A stretch of 64,000 nucleotides of DNA from the NCBI GenBank assembly GCA_965541615.1, contig CBEUCJ010000001.1, forward strand, positions 259,754 to 323,753, in the 5' to 3' direction. Below, piece by piece: positions 50,620 to 60,986 of this stretch. The position numbers and the translations under genes were made by a program. Below the pieces are notes generated by a model. The model had not been told where the DNA came from and did no database searches. It saw nothing but the letters and a program-made list of their open reading frames with translations. The DNA is from an uncultured bacterium. GTDB lineage: Bacteria > Omnitrophota > Gorgyraeia > Duberdicusellales > CBEUCJ01. Positions within the stretch are counted from its first letter, which is position 1. Each line of letters opens with the position of its first letter.

Positions 50620-51137
50620 AAAGTTTTACTCTTGTAGAAGCTCTGGTCGTATTTTCTTTGTTTATTTTAATTTTAGGGAGCATATTTTATACATTAACTT
50701 TAGGAAGACAGACTCAAGATATATCTTTTGAGAAACTTTACCTTTTAAATAAATTAGCAAGTATTTCCTTATTAATCTCAAAGGAATTGAGAAAAACTAA
50801 CTATTCACACATTACAGATTTGAATGGAAACAGTTTAGTTTCAGATACTCTTTATAAAGGTATAAGATTTTCTTTACCTCAAATAGATAATCAAGGAAAT
50901 AAAATCTGGTCTTCAGATTATATTGAATACGATCTTAACACAACAAGATTTTTAAGAAGGACTCCAGATGGACAGAATTCTCTCTTAGAAAATGTGTCTT
51001 TTTCTTCAGAGAGTGGATTTATTTATAGAGGAGTAGAAAATAAGTTAGAAGTAATAATAAATTGCACAAAGAGTTTACCTTTAGGAAGAGAATTAACCCA
51101 AGAAGTAAGGTGGGCAGTATTTTTGAGGAATAGATGA
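50616..51137 (+). CDS. Type IV pilin-like protein (PilW-like position)
   Basis: MKS|FTLVE plus hydrophobic helix. Confidence 0.78.
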   Translation: MKSFTLVEALVVFSLFILILGSIFYTLTLGRQTQDISFEKLYLLNKLASISLLISKELRKTNYSHITDLNGNSLVSDTLYKGIRFSLPQIDNQGNKIWSSDYIEYDLNTTRFLRRTPDGQNSLLENVSFSSESGFIYRGVENKLEVIINCTKSLPLGRELTQEVRWAVFLRNR

Positions 51138-52414
51138 GGAATAAAAGAGGTATTGTATTTGTAATAGCTTGTATTGTTCTTTCTGTACTTTTAGTGTTTA
51201 GTGGTAGTCTGCTTTATAAGATAATTTATACTCAAAATCTTTCTAAAAGGACTGAAGCTCAAATTAGAGCTTTCATCATAGCAGAATCAGCTCTTGATTT
51301 TGGAATAAACTTATTAAAGAATCATGCTATAACTTTTCCTTACACTCTTTCCAATCAATCTTTAGATGAAGGCTATTTTGATCTCGTTATTGAAAAGATC
51401 TCTCCAGAGAGGGTAAAGATTACATCTACTGGAAAGATATTATTAAGTACATTTGGAGAAACTAATCAAATTGAAAAGCAAGTTCAAGCTTATTTAGAAG
51501 AAGAGAGTTTCTGTAGATATCTTTACTTTACAACTGATGAACATCTGTGGGGTTTGGTGCCAGTCTGGTTTATTACAGGAGACCATTTAAGAGGACCTCT
51601 TCATACTAACACTCATTATCATATTTCAGGAGATCCTATCTTTGATGGTTTAGCTAAGTCTCATGATAATTGGGTAGAATATCTCCATGGAGGACCTCCT
51701 TTAGACAACCCTCAATTCAATGGAGGTCTTTTGTTAGGAGTACCTACTATAGATTTGCCAACAGATGCAAGTTCTATAAAGACAGCTGCACTTTCAGGAG
51801 GATTGTATTTGAAAGGAAAGACATTAGTAGTCTTTAATAATGATGGGACATTAACGATTACAAATAACAATAAAGGTTGGTATCAGAAAGTAGTCTCTCC
51901 TCCATCTAACCGAGTAATATACATTGAAGATGGTAATGTTTATGTAAGAGGTGTAGTTAAAGGAAATTTTACTGTAGGTACAAATAAAAATATTATAATT
52001 ACAGATAACATAGTGTATGCTGAAGACCCACGCACAACTCCTACTTCTACAGATATGTTAGGATTGGTAGCTGAACAAAATGTAATAGTGAGTACCGATG
52101 ATGATGATGGTTCTCAAATCTATGATCAGGCTTGTCCATATGATTTAGAGATCGATGCTTCTATTATGGCTTTAGGAGATTCTTTTGTTGTAGAGAATTG
52201 GTGGTCTTGCTCTCCTTTAGGGACTTTAACCTTATTTGGTGGAGTAATCCAAAAGTATAGAGGTCCTGTAGGGACTTTTGATCCAATAACGAATCAGAAA
52301 CTTTCAGGATATACTAAAGATTATCAGTATGATGAGAGGTTTGAAAGCTCACATCCTCCATATTTTCCTACTACAGGTGATTGGAGGTTATTAGCTTGGG
52401 AGGAGGTTGAATGA
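51134..52414 (+). CDS. PilX-like minor pilin with large beta-rich C-terminal domain
   Basis: KRG|IVFV (no Glu+5), A...AES; GPLHTN, GY.KDY.YD.R...PPYFP. Confidence 0.75.
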   Translation: MRNKRGIVFVIACIVLSVLLVFSGSLLYKIIYTQNLSKRTEAQIRAFIIAESALDFGINLLKNHAITFPYTLSNQSLDEGYFDLVIEKISPERVKITSTGKILLSTFGETNQIEKQVQAYLEEESFCRYLYFTTDEHLWGLVPVWFITGDHLRGPLHTNTHYHISGDPIFDGLAKSHDNWVEYLHGGPPLDNPQFNGGLLLGVPTIDLPTDASSIKTAALSGGLYLKGKTLVVFNNDGTLTITNNNKGWYQKVVSPPSNRVIYIEDGNVYVRGVVKGNFTVGTNKNIIITDNIVYAEDPRTTPTSTDMLGLVAEQNVIVSTDDDDGSQIYDQACPYDLEIDASIMALGDSFVVENWWSCSPLGTLTLFGGVIQKYRGPVGTFDPITNQKLSGYTKDYQYDERFESSHPPYFPTTGDWRLLAWEEVE

Positions 52415-52830
52415 AAAGGAAAAAGATAATTTTCTTAGTATCTCTTTTTGGAATTTTAATCGCAATTAATTTCCTTTTTATAAATAAAAAGAAAAAATTA
52501 CATAAAGAAAGATTAATGCCTTCTAAATTAAAGTCAGTTGAGCAAAGTAAGAAAAATCTTTTAAAGACGTCTTATCAGACTAAAATAAAAATATTAAAAG
52601 GCAAAAACATACCTCCTTTAAAGAAAGAAAAAGAAAAAATGCTCTTTAGCCAAATCGAAAAAAAAGAAAAATCTTCTTTTACCCCTTCTTTTTATAAAAT
52701 GTTCGATGAAGAAATAGAAATGTTAATCAAAGATAAAAAAGGTAAATTAAAAGCTACAAAAAATCAGGATATAATTCCTCCTTTAAAGATTTTTAAAGAA
52801 TTTAGAGAAAAAAGAGTAATTATTTACTGA
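52411..52830 (+). CDS. Hypothetical protein with N-terminal membrane anchor
   Basis: RBS GGAGG, ATGA overlap with upstream stop, single TM. Confidence 0.55.
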   Translation: MKRKKIIFLVSLFGILIAINFLFINKKKKLHKERLMPSKLKSVEQSKKNLLKTSYQTKIKILKGKNIPPLKKEKEKMLFSQIEKKEKSSFTPSFYKMFDEEIEMLIKDKKGKLKATKNQDIIPPLKIFKEFREKRVIIY

Positions 52831-52853
52831 TCTATAAAAAATTGAAGTATTGA

Positions 52854-53942
52854 ATGGAGATTTTAAAAAGAATTCTGCTTATTTTTTTTATTCTTTTTTC
52901 TTCTCTTTTATTTTCACAATCAATCCCTAAAAAAGCTTTATATTGGAAAAAGTTAGATTCAAATAGAGTTCAGTGTTTATTATGTCCAAGAAAGTGTATT
53001 TTAAGAGATGGTCAAAGAGGGGTATGTGGGGTCAGAATAAATAAACATGGTATCTTATATACATTAGGGTATGGGAACCCTGTAGCTGTCCATATAGACC
53101 CTATTGAAAAAAAACCTTTTTTTCATGTATTTCCTGGAGCAAAGACTTTGTCTTTAGCAGTAGCTGGTTGTAATATGAGATGCAAATTCTGTCAAAACTG
53201 GCTTATCTCTCAATCAAGACCAGATGAGACTCAAAATTATATTTTAAGCCCCAAAGACATAGTAGAATTAGCTATTAAATACAACTGTGAGTTTATAGTA
53301 TTTACCTATACAGAGCCCACAGTCTTTTATGAATATATGTTAGATATTGCAAAGTTAGCCAAAAAAAGAGGATTAAAAACTGCTATGCATACTTGTGGTT
53401 ATATAAACCCAGCTCCTTTAAAAGAATTATTAAAGTACTTAGATGCAGTTAATGTAGATTTAAAAGGTTTTAATGAAGAGTTCTATCAAAACATGGGAGC
53501 TTATGCAAAATTAGAACCAGTTTTAGAGACTTTAAAGATAATTAAAAAATCTGGAGTCTGGTTAGAGATTACAAATCTTGTAATTCCAGGATTAAATGAC
53601 TCAGAACAAGAAATCAGAAAAATGTGTGAATGGATAAAAGAAAATTTAGGAACTGATACTCCTCTTCATTTTAGCAGATTTTTTCCTGCCTATAAATTAA
53701 GGAATTTACCTCCAACACCTATATCTACTCTTCAAAAAGCTTACAAGATAGCTAAATCTGTGGGTTTAAAATATGTTTACATTGGAAATGTGGTAGGTAA
53801 CCCTGCTGAATCTACATACTGTCCTAAATGTGGAAAAGTTTTAATAGAAAGAGTAGGTTACAAGATTCTTAAAAATAATATTGTAAAAGGAAGATGTAAA
53901 TTTTGTGGAGAAAAGATCCCTGGGATATGGAGAGATGAATAA
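52854..53942 (+). CDS. amrS: AmmeMemoRadiSam-system radical SAM enzyme
   Basis: CLLCPRKC..G.CGVR, DPIEKKPFFH, GCNMRCKFCQNW, HFSRFFP, YVYIGNV, C-terminal CPKC/CKFC. Confidence 0.88.
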   Translation: MEILKRILLIFFILFSSLLFSQSIPKKALYWKKLDSNRVQCLLCPRKCILRDGQRGVCGVRINKHGILYTLGYGNPVAVHIDPIEKKPFFHVFPGAKTLSLAVAGCNMRCKFCQNWLISQSRPDETQNYILSPKDIVELAIKYNCEFIVFTYTEPTVFYEYMLDIAKLAKKRGLKTAMHTCGYINPAPLKELLKYLDAVNVDLKGFNEEFYQNMGAYAKLEPVLETLKIIKKSGVWLEITNLVIPGLNDSEQEIRKMCEWIKENLGTDTPLHFSRFFPAYKLRNLPPTPISTLQKAYKIAKSVGLKYVYIGNVVGNPAESTYCPKCGKVLIERVGYKILKNNIVKGRCKFCGEKIPGIWRDE

Positions 53943-54621
53943 TTATACAGATACTTTGATTACTTATCTTCAGATATTTGGAATTGGTTTTAGTTTTGGA
54001 TTATGGGGTCCTTGTGTTTGGAACTATTTTATTCTCTCTAGTTTTTTTGTTAATCTTAAAGAAGCAAAAGAGATGTTTAAGTATATATTTTCTTTTTTGG
54101 TAGGTAGGTTTTTAGCTTATTTATCTTTAGGTTATATTACAGGAATTTCTGCCAGTTTACTAAAGAGATTTTTGTCTTTAAAACTCATAGATTTTTTTGA
54201 AATATTAGCTAGTATGATAATAATATTTTTGGGGTCTTTACTTATTTTTATGAAAGATCAAACTTACTTATACAAAAAGATAAACTTTAAATCTCTGAAT
54301 ACAGGAAATTTTTTCTTTTTAGGTTTATTTATAGGATTCTTGCCTTGCGCTCCACTTTTAGCTTTACTGTTTGAGGTAGCTATTATCTCTAAGAATGGGA
54401 TAGAAGGTTTAATTTACATGTTATTTTTTGGAGTAGGAATTTTTTTGTCGAGTTTAATAATCTTAGGTATTTTAAATTTGACTTTATTTTCAGCTTTTAA
54501 GAAACTGTTAGTCTCTGAAAAAAGTAGATTAATCTTTAGGATCTGTTGTTCTATGCTTTTGATATTTTTTGGAGTAAAGCTTATTTACCAAAAGCTTTTA
54601 TTTTTATCTCAAATGGAGTAA
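53935..54621 (+). CDS. TauE/SafE-DsbD_2-like membrane protein
   Basis: GPC, F..GR..AY, GFLPCAPL motifs, about 6 TMs. Confidence 0.7.
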   Translation: MNNYTDTLITYLQIFGIGFSFGLWGPCVWNYFILSSFFVNLKEAKEMFKYIFSFLVGRFLAYLSLGYITGISASLLKRFLSLKLIDFFEILASMIIIFLGSLLIFMKDQTYLYKKINFKSLNTGNFFFLGLFIGFLPCAPLLALLFEVAIISKNGIEGLIYMLFFGVGIFLSSLIILGILNLTLFSAFKKLLVSEKSRLIFRICCSMLLIFFGVKLIYQKLLFLSQME

Positions 54622-54656
54622 AATAAAATTGAGCTCTTTTAAAAAGGAGGTAGTTT

Positions 54657-55958
54657 ATGTGCAATTTTAAAAGAGTATTTATAGTGGTAATCTTTACAAT
54701 CTTTATTTTTTCTTCTATTAGTTTAGCTAAAAGTTCATTTGTAAAAGTAGGTTATGGTTATTCAACAAATCCTATAGAAGAAGAAGCAGTAAAAGAAGCA
54801 ATAGGAAAGTTAAAAAAGAGTCTGAAAAAAAATCCAGATTTTCTTATTCTTTTCTCTACTGTAGATTATGATTTAGAAAAAGTCTTAAAAGAAATAAGAA
54901 AAAAAGTAGGAAATAAAACTAAAATTTATGGAGGAACTTCTTGTTTAGGAGTCTTAACCAAAGATGGCTTTCACAAAGGTAAAAAAGGTGCATTAGCTGT
55001 TTTAGGAGTAATTTCAGATAGAATAAAATTTGGTGTAGGATGTTGTGATTTAGATAAATTTTCTCCAAGAGAAGCTGGGAAAAGAGCAGTGATAAGAGCT
55101 ATTAAATCTGCAGGAAAAGATATTAATCAAAAGCCAAAACTAATTTTAATTACTTCAGCTCCTGGAAGTGAAGAGGATATCTTAAAAGGTATAGCCGAAA
55201 TTGTAGGAGAAGATACACCTGTTATTGGTGGTAGTTCAGCAGATAACACTATAGAAGGAAAATGGTCTCAATTTTGCAATGATAAAGTTTGCAAAAACAG
55301 TACAGTCTTAGCAGTTATCTATACAGATTTGAAAACAGGGATCTCTTATCAGAGTGGATATGAAAGGACAATAAGAACAGGTGTTATTACAAAAGCTGAA
55401 GGAAGAATTATTTATGAGATAGATAATAAACCTGCAGCTGAAGTTTACAATGAATGGTTAGATGGTGCATTATCAGATGTTTTAAAAACAGGTGGAAATA
55501 TTTTAAGACGAACTACCTTTTTCCCTTTAGCAAAAGTAATAAGAGGTAAGGAAGATTCCTGGTATTTTTTATCTATTCATCCTTTATCATTTAATCTACC
55601 TGAAAAATCTTTGAGTGTTTTTGCAGATGTAAAAACAGGTGATAAGATAGAGCTTATGAAAGGTGATTGGGAAATGCTTTTAAACAGGTGTTTTTCTACT
55701 CCAAGATTAGCTTTAAGAGGAGCCAAAATCAAAGAGGAAGATGTTGCATTTGGAATATTTACTTTTTGTGCAGGGACCATGTTAGCTATCCCTGAAGAAG
55801 AAAGAGATAAGATGCCACTTTTGGTAAATAAAGTTTTGAAAGGTGCTCCTTTCATAGGAACTTTTACTTTTGGAGAGCAGGGTTACATACCAGGTATTGG
55901 AAATCTTCATGGGAATTTGGTAAGTTCTATGGTAATAATCAGTAAGAAAGATGAGTGA
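54657..55958 (+). CDS. FIST N/FIST C domain protein with signal peptide
   Basis: GGTS, GGSSAD, IYEIDNKPAA.VY, FCAG, FTFGEQG, HGNL. Confidence 0.85.
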   Translation: MCNFKRVFIVVIFTIFIFSSISLAKSSFVKVGYGYSTNPIEEEAVKEAIGKLKKSLKKNPDFLILFSTVDYDLEKVLKEIRKKVGNKTKIYGGTSCLGVLTKDGFHKGKKGALAVLGVISDRIKFGVGCCDLDKFSPREAGKRAVIRAIKSAGKDINQKPKLILITSAPGSEEDILKGIAEIVGEDTPVIGGSSADNTIEGKWSQFCNDKVCKNSTVLAVIYTDLKTGISYQSGYERTIRTGVITKAEGRIIYEIDNKPAAEVYNEWLDGALSDVLKTGGNILRRTTFFPLAKVIRGKEDSWYFLSIHPLSFNLPEKSLSVFADVKTGDKIELMKGDWEMLLNRCFSTPRLALRGAKIKEEDVAFGIFTFCAGTMLAIPEEERDKMPLLVNKVLKGAPFIGTFTFGEQGYIPGIGNLHGNLVSSMVIISKKDE

Positions 55959-57753
55959 AAAGAAGATATCTTTATTTAGTAAGATATTTTACCCTATAGT
56001 TTGTTTTTTTGGTGTAATAGGGATTTTAACTTTGTTTCTTTTTGTAAGGATTCACACTCAAAATATGGAAAAGACTTTAATTGAGGAGCATTTATTATTT
56101 GCTCAGATACTTTCTTTACAGATTGAGAGTTATTATTATAAAGGGACATGGCCATTCTTAGCACTTAAAAAACTCAGTAAAAATAAAAATATACTATTTT
56201 GGAGATTGGTAAATTCAGATGGAGAAATAGAGTTAGCTGATAACATAAATCTATGGGGTAAAAAGATTCAAGACAAAGATTTTAAGACAAAAAAGATAAT
56301 AGTAAAAGATAGTGTTTTACCTTCAACTAATGAAAGAATAAAGATCATAATTTATCCTTTAAGGATAAAAGAAAATGGAAACCCTTGGACTTTATGGTTA
56401 GGAATTTCTTTAAGGAATATAAGAAAAGCTCAAAAAGAATTAATCTTTGCTATTCTTAGTTTATCTCCTTTACTTCTTTTAATAATTTATCTTTTCCCAT
56501 TTTATTTAGCTAAAAATATAACTACACCTATAAAAAGACTCGTAAAAGCTACACAAATAATAGGAAAAGGAAACTTAGATTATACCATAGATATTTCTAC
56601 CTCTGATGAAGTAGGTATTTTAACTCGTGCTTTTAATAAGATGGTAAAGGATTTAAAAAACAAAACAGTCTCTCTTAATTACTTTGATACGATAATAAAT
56701 ACTATGGCTGATTCTTTAATAGTCACAGATGCCCATGGAAAGGTTGAGTTAGTTAACGAAGCAGCAGTTAAGTTGTTAGGATATAAAAAAGAAGAGATAT
56801 TAGGCAAAAACATAAATTCTTTAGTAGAGGTTAAACCTTATTTTAGTTTTAAAGAAGAGACAAAAAAACCTGTTGAATCTTTAGAAGCTATCTGGAATGT
56901 AAAAGGCAAAAAAGAAATCCCTGTTATTTGCAGTTGCTCTGAAGTTAAAAATGAGAAAGGAGAAGTAATAAACAGAATATACGTAGTAAGAGATATTACA
57001 GATATTAAGGAGACAGAAGAAGAGTTAATACAAGCTTATAAGAGGCTTAAAGAGACTCAAGATGAATTGATTCAAACAGAAAAGATAGCAGCTTTAGGCA
57101 AACTCGCTTCAGGGACTGCTCATGAGATAAAAAATCCTCTTTCTATCATAATGCAGGGAATATATCTTGTAGATAGTTTGGTTCCTGAAAAATCTCAAGA
57201 GTTAAAAGAGACTATAGATATGATAAAAGAAGCTGTAAAGAGAGCAGATACTGTAATTAAACGTATCTTAAATTATGCAAGAGCTTCAGAACTCAAACTA
57301 ACTCCCCAAAATATTTGTGAGATTATAGACCAAGGTATCTCTTTAATAGAAGAGCAATTAAAATTCAAAAATATAAAGATAGAAAGAGATTATCCATCTA
57401 AACCTATATTTGTTCAAGCAGACAGAGTAATGTTAAGTCAGGTATTTTTGAATTTAGCTACAAACTCTCAAGATGCTATGCCTGAAGGAGGAATGATTAG
57501 AATAAAAGTATATGAAGAAAGTGACCAGTGTGTAATTGAATTTGAAGATACAGGTATTGGTATTCCTCAAGATAAACTTTCAAAAATCTTTGAACCTTTT
57601 TATACTACAAAAAAACCAGGCAAAGGAACAGGTTTGGGTTTGGCTATGGTAGAATTAATAATAAATAGACATAATGGCAAAATAGACGTTGAAAGCAAAG
57701 TAGGCAGAGGAACAAAGTTTACGATTAAGTTACCTAAATTGAAAGAAGAATAG
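55951..57753 (+). CDS. Sensor histidine kinase (periplasmic domain, HAMP, PAS, HisKA, HATPase)
   Basis: DEVGILTRAFNKM, PAS, AHEIKNPL, GTGLGL. Confidence 0.93.
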   Translation: MSEKKISLFSKIFYPIVCFFGVIGILTLFLFVRIHTQNMEKTLIEEHLLFAQILSLQIESYYYKGTWPFLALKKLSKNKNILFWRLVNSDGEIELADNINLWGKKIQDKDFKTKKIIVKDSVLPSTNERIKIIIYPLRIKENGNPWTLWLGISLRNIRKAQKELIFAILSLSPLLLLIIYLFPFYLAKNITTPIKRLVKATQIIGKGNLDYTIDISTSDEVGILTRAFNKMVKDLKNKTVSLNYFDTIINTMADSLIVTDAHGKVELVNEAAVKLLGYKKEEILGKNINSLVEVKPYFSFKEETKKPVESLEAIWNVKGKKEIPVICSCSEVKNEKGEVINRIYVVRDITDIKETEEELIQAYKRLKETQDELIQTEKIAALGKLASGTAHEIKNPLSIIMQGIYLVDSLVPEKSQELKETIDMIKEAVKRADTVIKRILNYARASELKLTPQNICEIIDQGISLIEEQLKFKNIKIERDYPSKPIFVQADRVMLSQVFLNLATNSQDAMPEGGMIRIKVYEESDQCVIEFEDTGIGIPQDKLSKIFEPFYTTKKPGKGTGLGLAMVELIINRHNGKIDVESKVGRGTKFTIKLPKLKEE

Positions 57754-57764
57754 GAGGTATAAAG

Positions 57765-58154
57765 ATGAAGAAGATTTTGTTAGTCGATGATGAAGAAAGT
57801 TTTTGTTACTTTGTAAAGAAGAATTTAGAATTAACAGGAGAGTTTAAAGTCTTCACTGCCAACAATGGAGAAGAAGGTTTAGAAATAGCTCGTAGAGAAA
57901 GACCAGATTTAATTTTATTAGATGTCTTAATGCCCGGAATGTTAGGTTCAGATGTTGCAGCTAAGCTACAAGAAGACCCAGTTTTAGCTCAGATCCCTGT
58001 AGTTTTTCTTACAGCTGTAGTTCAGAAAGAAGATTTTGGAGATGATTTAATTAAAAAAAGTGGAGGACACTTATTTTTAGCAAAACCCATTACTCCTGAA
58101 GAGTTGGTAACAGCTATTAAAAAGATATTAGAAGAAAAGGAGCAGGAAAGTTGA
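57765..58154 (+). CDS. Single-domain response regulator
   Basis: VDDE, LLDVLMPG, FLTA, KP. Confidence 0.93.
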   Translation: MKKILLVDDEESFCYFVKKNLELTGEFKVFTANNGEEGLEIARRERPDLILLDVLMPGMLGSDVAAKLQEDPVLAQIPVVFLTAVVQKEDFGDDLIKKSGGHLFLAKPITPEELVTAIKKILEEKEQES

Positions 58155-58561
58155 TTTCAAAAAAAATAGTCTTACACTTTCCTCCTGAATTAATAGATAA
58201 GCCTATAATTTCAAATATGGTAAAAAGATTTAATTTAGAATTCAACATCCTTAAAGCTTTTGTCACTCCCAGAGAAGAAGGATTGTTGGTCTTAGAACTT
58301 ACAGGGACTAAAAAAGCTTTGCAAGATGCTTTAGAGTACTTAAAAGAATTAAATGTAAAAATTCAAGCTCTGAGTAGAGATATTATAAGAGATGAAGATC
58401 TTTGTACAGACTGTGGAGCTTGTACAGTAATATGTCCTACAGGAGCTTTATATATGGATAAGAATACTTATAAAATTGTCTTTTCATCAGAAAAATGTAT
58501 AGCTTGTGAATTGTGTGTTAAAGAGTGCCCATACAAAGCTATGAAAGTGAGTTTTAAATGA
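58151..58561 (+). CDS. NIL domain-4Fe-4S dicluster ferredoxin
   Basis: FNILKA motif; CTDCGACTVICP and CIACELCVKECP. Confidence 0.88.
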   Translation: MISKKIVLHFPPELIDKPIISNMVKRFNLEFNILKAFVTPREEGLLVLELTGTKKALQDALEYLKELNVKIQALSRDIIRDEDLCTDCGACTVICPTGALYMDKNTYKIVFSSEKCIACELCVKECPYKAMKVSFK

Positions 58562-58586
58562 TTTTGGTTGAATATTTTGATAAAGT

Positions 58587-58991
58587 ATGTTAATTTTAAA
58601 AGAGATGGCAAAAAAATTACTTTTAGTTTTTCTTATTTTAGGATTTTTAAAGATAAGCTGGGCAATAGATTTCTCTGTAGAATCTCCTTTTAGAGAGTGT
58701 ATTTTAATAAAAATTTCTTTAGATTCTACAAAAGATAACCTTAACCAAGATTTTCTGTCCAAAGAAGAACTTAAAAAGAGAAAGATAGAGTTAGGTTTTA
58801 AGACTGCAGATTACATTTCTGAATTGCTATGTGCTTATAACTTAGATTTTATCTCTGAAAGACTTTGGCAGATCTCAAGTTGGGTAGAAAAAGAAAGAAG
58901 GCTTGAGAAATATTTAAAAGAAAAATATTCAATAAAATTAGATATAGATATCCCTAAAAAAGCTTTTGTCTTTTACACTCACCGTTTTTGA
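58587..58991 (+). CDS. Hypothetical exported protein
   Basis: Signal-peptide-like MAKKLLLVFLILG (start may be ATG 58605). Confidence 0.5.
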   Translation: MLILKEMAKKLLLVFLILGFLKISWAIDFSVESPFRECILIKISLDSTKDNLNQDFLSKEELKKRKIELGFKTADYISELLCAYNLDFISERLWQISSWVEKERRLEKYLKEKYSIKLDIDIPKKAFVFYTHRF

Positions 58992-58992
58992 T

Positions 58993-59021
58993 TTGACACT
59001 ATAAAAAAAATTACTTATAAT
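58993..59021 (+). promoter_or_regulatory. Consensus sigma70 promoter of the eno operon
   Basis: TTGACA-N17-TATAAT exact consensus. Confidence 0.85.
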
Positions 59022-59047
59022 TTTACAAATTTAAGGAGGTATTTTTT

Positions 59048-60319
59048 ATGGCTAAGATTTCAAAGATTAAAGCAAGAGAGATCTTAGATTCAAGGGGAAA
59101 TCCGACTTTAGAAGTAGATGTTTTACTTTCGGATGGTTCTTTTGCAAGAGCAGCTGTTCCTTCAGGAGCTTCTACAGGAGAGAGAGAAGCTTTGGAGTTG
59201 AGAGACAAAGATAAAGATAGATTTTTAGGAAAAGGAGTGTTGAAAGCTGTAGAGAATGTGAACAAAATTATTTTTAAAAAGATAAAAGGCTTAGAGGCAG
59301 ATTTTAGAAAAATAGATAAGATTTTAATAGAATTGGATTCTACTGAGAATAAATCCAGATTAGGTGCTAATGCTATTTTAGGAGTTTCTTTAGCTGTAGC
59401 TAAAGCTCAAAGTGTTTCTAAAAAATTACCTTTTTATAAATTTTTAAATAAAAAAGCAAAAGTACTCCCTGTTCCTTTAATGAATATTTTGAATGGAGGT
59501 TTGCACGCAGATAACAATTTAGATATTCAAGAATTTATGATAGTTCCTTGGGGGTTTGGTAGTTTTAAGAGAGCTTTACAAGCAGCTTCAGAGATATTTC
59601 ATACTTTGAAAAAAATATTGAAATCAAAAGGATTGACGACTTCTGTTGGAGATGAAGGTGGTTTTGCTCCTAATTTAAATAAGAATGAAGAAGCTATAAA
59701 ATTGATTTTAAAAGCAATTAAGACTGCAGGATACAAAGAAGGAAAAGAAATAGCTTTAGCTTTAGATGTAGCAGCTTCATCTTTATCAAAAAATGGCGTT
59801 TATCTTTTTGAGAATAGGAAAGTAGATTCAAATTATCTTATAGATTTTTATAAAAGACTAATTAAAAAGTATCCTATCGTGAGTATAGAAGATGGATTAG
59901 GTGAGAATGACTGGCAAGGTTGGCAAAAGCTTACTCAAACTTTGGGCAAAAGTATTCAACTTGTAGGAGATGATATCTTTGTGACCAATCCTAAGCTCTT
60001 AAAAGAAGGTATTGAAAAAAACATAGCGAATGCAATTTTAGTTAAAGTTAATCAAATAGGCACCTTATCTGAAACTTTAGAAACAGTTAAACTCGCTAAA
60101 TCTAGTGGTTACAAAAGTATAATATCTCATAGATCAGGAGAGACTGAAGACGTAACTATTTCTCATATAGCAGTGGGTTTAGAAACCGGACAAATAAAAA
60201 CAGGTTCTGTTTCAAGGACAGATAGAATAGCTAAATACAATGAGTTACTGAGAATAGAAGAAGAATTAGGCAAGAAAGCTGAATTTGCAGGTTATTTTTT
60301 GAATAAAAAATGGTTGTAA
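59048..60319 (+). CDS. eno: Enolase
   Basis: [40 protein letters not shown]. Confidence 0.98.
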   Translation: MAKISKIKAREILDSRGNPTLEVDVLLSDGSFARAAVPSGASTGEREALELRDKDKDRFLGKGVLKAVENVNKIIFKKIKGLEADFRKIDKILIELDSTENKSRLGANAILGVSLAVAKAQSVSKKLPFYKFLNKKAKVLPVPLMNILNGGLHADNNLDIQEFMIVPWGFGSFKRALQAASEIFHTLKKILKSKGLTTSVGDEGGFAPNLNKNEEAIKLILKAIKTAGYKEGKEIALALDVAASSLSKNGVYLFENRKVDSNYLIDFYKRLIKKYPIVSIEDGLGENDWQGWQKLTQTLGKSIQLVGDDIFVTNPKLLKEGIEKNIANAILVKVNQIGTLSETLETVKLAKSSGYKSIISHRSGETEDVTISHIAVGLETGQIKTGSVSRTDRIAKYNELLRIEEELGKKAEFAGYFLNKKWL

Positions 60320-60576
60320 AGATTTTTAGATTCAGTATAATTTCTTTAGCAGTTGTTGGTGTTCTTTCTTATCTGTACTTTCCATCTCTTTCAAGATTAA
60401 AAGAGTTAAAAGAGATAGAGAAAGATTTAGATAATAAAATTTTTTTGTTAAAATCAGAAATCAATGATTTAAAGAGAGAGATAAAGTTAGCTGATTCTGC
60501 TGAATACAAAAAATATCTGATTAGAAAGAAATTGAATCTTTTAAAAGAAGGAGAATATATTTTAGAGATAAAAAAT

Positions 60577-60653
<77 letters not shown>

Positions 60654-60669
60654 TCTCTTTAAACTAAAA

Positions 60670-60984
60670 ATGAAAGAAGCAGTAGTATTAGTAGGAGGAA
60701 AACAATACATAGTAAATGAAGGAGATGTTTTAGATATAGAAAAGATAGAGAATTCTCCAGGAGAGAAAATTACTTTAGATAAAGTTCTGTTGGTAGCTAC
60801 AGATAAAGAGATTTTAATTGGAAAACCGTTCTTAAAAAATGTGAATGTAAAAGCAGAAGTTTTAGAACATTTAAAAGCAAAAAAAGTTATACATTTCAAA
60901 TACACTCCTAAGAAAAATTCCAAAAGAAAAAAAGGTCACAGGCAGCCTCTCACTCGTATTAAAGTCCTCAACATCAACATTTAA
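60670..60984 (+). CDS. rplU: 50S ribosomal protein L21
   Basis: GGKQY.V.EG, IGKP, KGHRQ.LT. Confidence 0.95.
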   Translation: MKEAVVLVGGKQYIVNEGDVLDIEKIENSPGEKITLDKVLLVATDKEILIGKPFLKNVNVKAEVLEHLKAKKVIHFKYTPKKNSKRKKGHRQPLTRIKVLNINI

Positions 60985-60986
60985 AA

